DNA of 64,000 nt from Oikopleura dioica (taxonomy: Eukaryota; Animalia; Chordata): assembly GCA_907165135.1 (NCBI GenBank), contig OU015570.1:930001-994000 (forward strand), in the 5' to 3' direction. The translations under genes and the position numbers were made by a program. Every line of letters begins with the position of its first letter. Within the stretch, counting starts at the first letter, position 1. The notes below the pieces were generated by a model that was not told where the DNA came from, did no database searches, and saw only the letters and a list, made by a program, of their open reading frames with translations. Below, piece after piece: positions 61,587 through 64,000 of this stretch.

Positions 61587-64000
61587 TTAAAACGGCGTTA
61601 CAGAATTGTAACGGCGTTACAAAATTGTAAGCAGAAAAATGACGAGGGGTGTAGCTTGTTTGATCACCCTTTGCATAATTATCTCTGTGTTAATTATATT
61701 TTTCTCGCGGCGACTTGGACCGGAAGTTAAAAGTTCTATCAGCTTTTATAAATTTTATCGCGAGAAAACCGCAGGGCAAAAGTCTTCACTGAAATTCATT
61801 CGCTCGCGTTATTGAAAAACCGTTCGTCATTTCGATTGGGCTTGTAAGAAGATGATTAAACTTGGGCTCGAAAGTGTTGACACTCTGGCTCGTTTCTACC
61901 TTCAGTTTCAAGCGCGAGCCCAATTCCCAACTCATAAAAAGGCGTAGCTTTGACATAAACAAGCTTTGGTCGTTGATCAAGAAGGGGAGAAGGGATCCAT
62001 TGTTGTTTATTTACACTGATTCAAACGTTTTTACACGAATCGTCGTCTAATGAGCGCACCTCTAGGAATCTATTGAACGACCAAGGGGCCATTTTTACTC
62101 GAGAAGTAAAAGTGACAGATTAAAAAGCTCATTTGTGCGACTTTTCATTTATATAAGTAATTTAAAATTACATTGCTTCTTACTGATCCTGGTCCAACCA
62201 CTTTTCGGATTTGCGAAAGGTTACGGATCCTTCAATTCGAATAATAGTTCAAGGATAATCTTTCTAGTACCAAAGTTGAACATCCGCCATTCTTCAGAGC
62301 GTAAAACCGGATTTAAGGTACACAAAAACCAAATCTTGAAATAAAGAAAAACAGTATCGAAAAGCTGGCGAAATTTCGTTTTTAGTTTTTAGTTTATTAC
62401 TGTAAAAAGTATTTTACAGATCAACAAGAAAAAGGAAAAGCAACATTCTGCTCAAACCAGGGAGACTTTAAGCTAGAAATCATAATAATTAAAGATTCGG
62501 TGGATTCCGAAGTTGCTACCTTGTATTCTTTCTTGATTTTTGTACTTTCTTTTTGAGTATTTTTATCTTTCGTCCATAGTCTATGGACCATAGACTATGG
62601 ACCATAGTTACAATGACAAGCAGAACAGCAAATCATTTCCTACTTTATGGCTGAGAGCTTTGAAAATATACTAGGTTCGCACAGTTCAATTACATGGTCG
62701 ATTTCGGCCATGATATTTATGTACAGTTCAGGCATTTTCTGAATTTTTATGTCGCTTTTTAACAGTGTTTTCAAAATACCAGACCATTTTTCCTGAAAAA
62801 GATCAGACTAGACTAAACCTTCTAAGTAGGCCCTCCTCTCTTTCTCTCTGCCATCTTTCTTTACATTTTCCTTTGATAAACATTTACGTTATCAAATGTT
62901 ATAAACTGTATTTTACTTATTTTCAGCCATTATCTAAAACAAATCCTTTTGTCAAGGCCCTTTTTCTACTAACTACCTTTTTACCAAATAACTCTGCAGA
63001 CCATCCTTGTCGCTGATACAATCGCCGTCTATGATGCAATGCCCACGTGTGCTGAATGAACCAGATAGTTTACTACTGTACATTACTTCTAACGTTATTC
63101 CTTATCTATAGGGTCCGTACACAAAAATTCTAACTATTTTATTCGTCAAGTAAATGATTTTAAATTTTAAGGGGTTAATTGAATGCCCTAAACGAATATA
63201 AAAACATATTTTTCATAAATTTCGAAAAAGGGTTGAGGAGTAAATCGCGAAAAAGGCTGAAAATTAGCCTTCTCCATCGATTTCAAAAAATTTTATAATT
63301 TCTAATTATGTAAAAAGGGGGATTTTTATTTTCATCTTCAAAAAAAGGTTGAAACACGAAGAGAACATGTTCAAATTGCCGAAGAAAGCTCAAAAATGAG
63401 CCTTTTGCGGCGTGCCGCGCGTGGAGCGCCTTACTTTCCTTATTTGGAAGTCGTAGGGTGAGAGCGGCGTAAAAGAAAAATACTACGCTCAGAATAATTT
63501 GAAAATTAAAAAGGTTTTTTATTTATATAAATTGATTGAAAACTCATTTAAATTAAGTCTATAAATAATGTTATTAATTAAGAATTAAAAACAAATTTTA
63601 ATTTGAATAAAATGTAAATCTTATTTTTAATAAATCATATTATGATTTAATTATAAATTGTAATGTATTCTAAAGTTTCAGCCACATCCCTGGCAAATTT
63701 TAATTAAGGGGCTTGACAAAGGCCGGGTCCAGTCCCAACCCCTCCCACTCCCTTTTCCCAATTTATGATTCGGCTTCATTATATCTAAAAGCTTCATTTT
63801 ATCCAAAGCTTCATTGTATCCGAATATCTCATTTGATCCAAAATTTTTTTGGTTATAAATTATTACCAAAAAATTGGGACCCTAGTCCCTAAATGTTACA
63901 ACTTATAATGAAGCAATTGGATCAAATGATGCTTTTGGATAAAATGAAGCCCAATTTTCAAAAAATTCGGAAGTTGGATAGGATGAAGTTTTGGATAAAA

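Noticed and set aside
61700-63100. Host gene fragments
   Set aside because: Short broken ORFs with no recognisable motif or consistent exon structure.

Overview
Eukaryotic, transposon-saturated region with no recognisable host gene. It is most likely the larvacean tunicate Oikopleura; this is inferred from 38-41 bp introns and Tor-like Ty3/gypsy elements. Three LTR-bounded gypsy retrotransposons retain target-site duplications. A (16731-27933, +) carries gag, pol, an env-like gene and a fourth ORF with a J-domain-like HPDK motif, and has decayed by in-frame stops. B (28520-35110, -) is gag-pol only, with a duplicated structured RNA motif in its leader. C (52322-59900, +) is intact, with a CCCH-finger Gag, a single in-frame UGA-CUA between gag and pol, and an orphan ORF3. 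All three sit inside older LTR relics. The rest is a pogo DD30D transposon with two introns, further gypsy relics, and many nested MITEs (TA, TTAA, 8-bp and 9-bp TSD classes) that share small GNA-triloop hairpin modules. The most notable candidate system is the set of accessory ORFs at the 3' end of these elements, each preceded by a repeat-containing putative internal promoter, including a putative Hsp70 co-chaperone (J-domain) gene in an env-bearing element.
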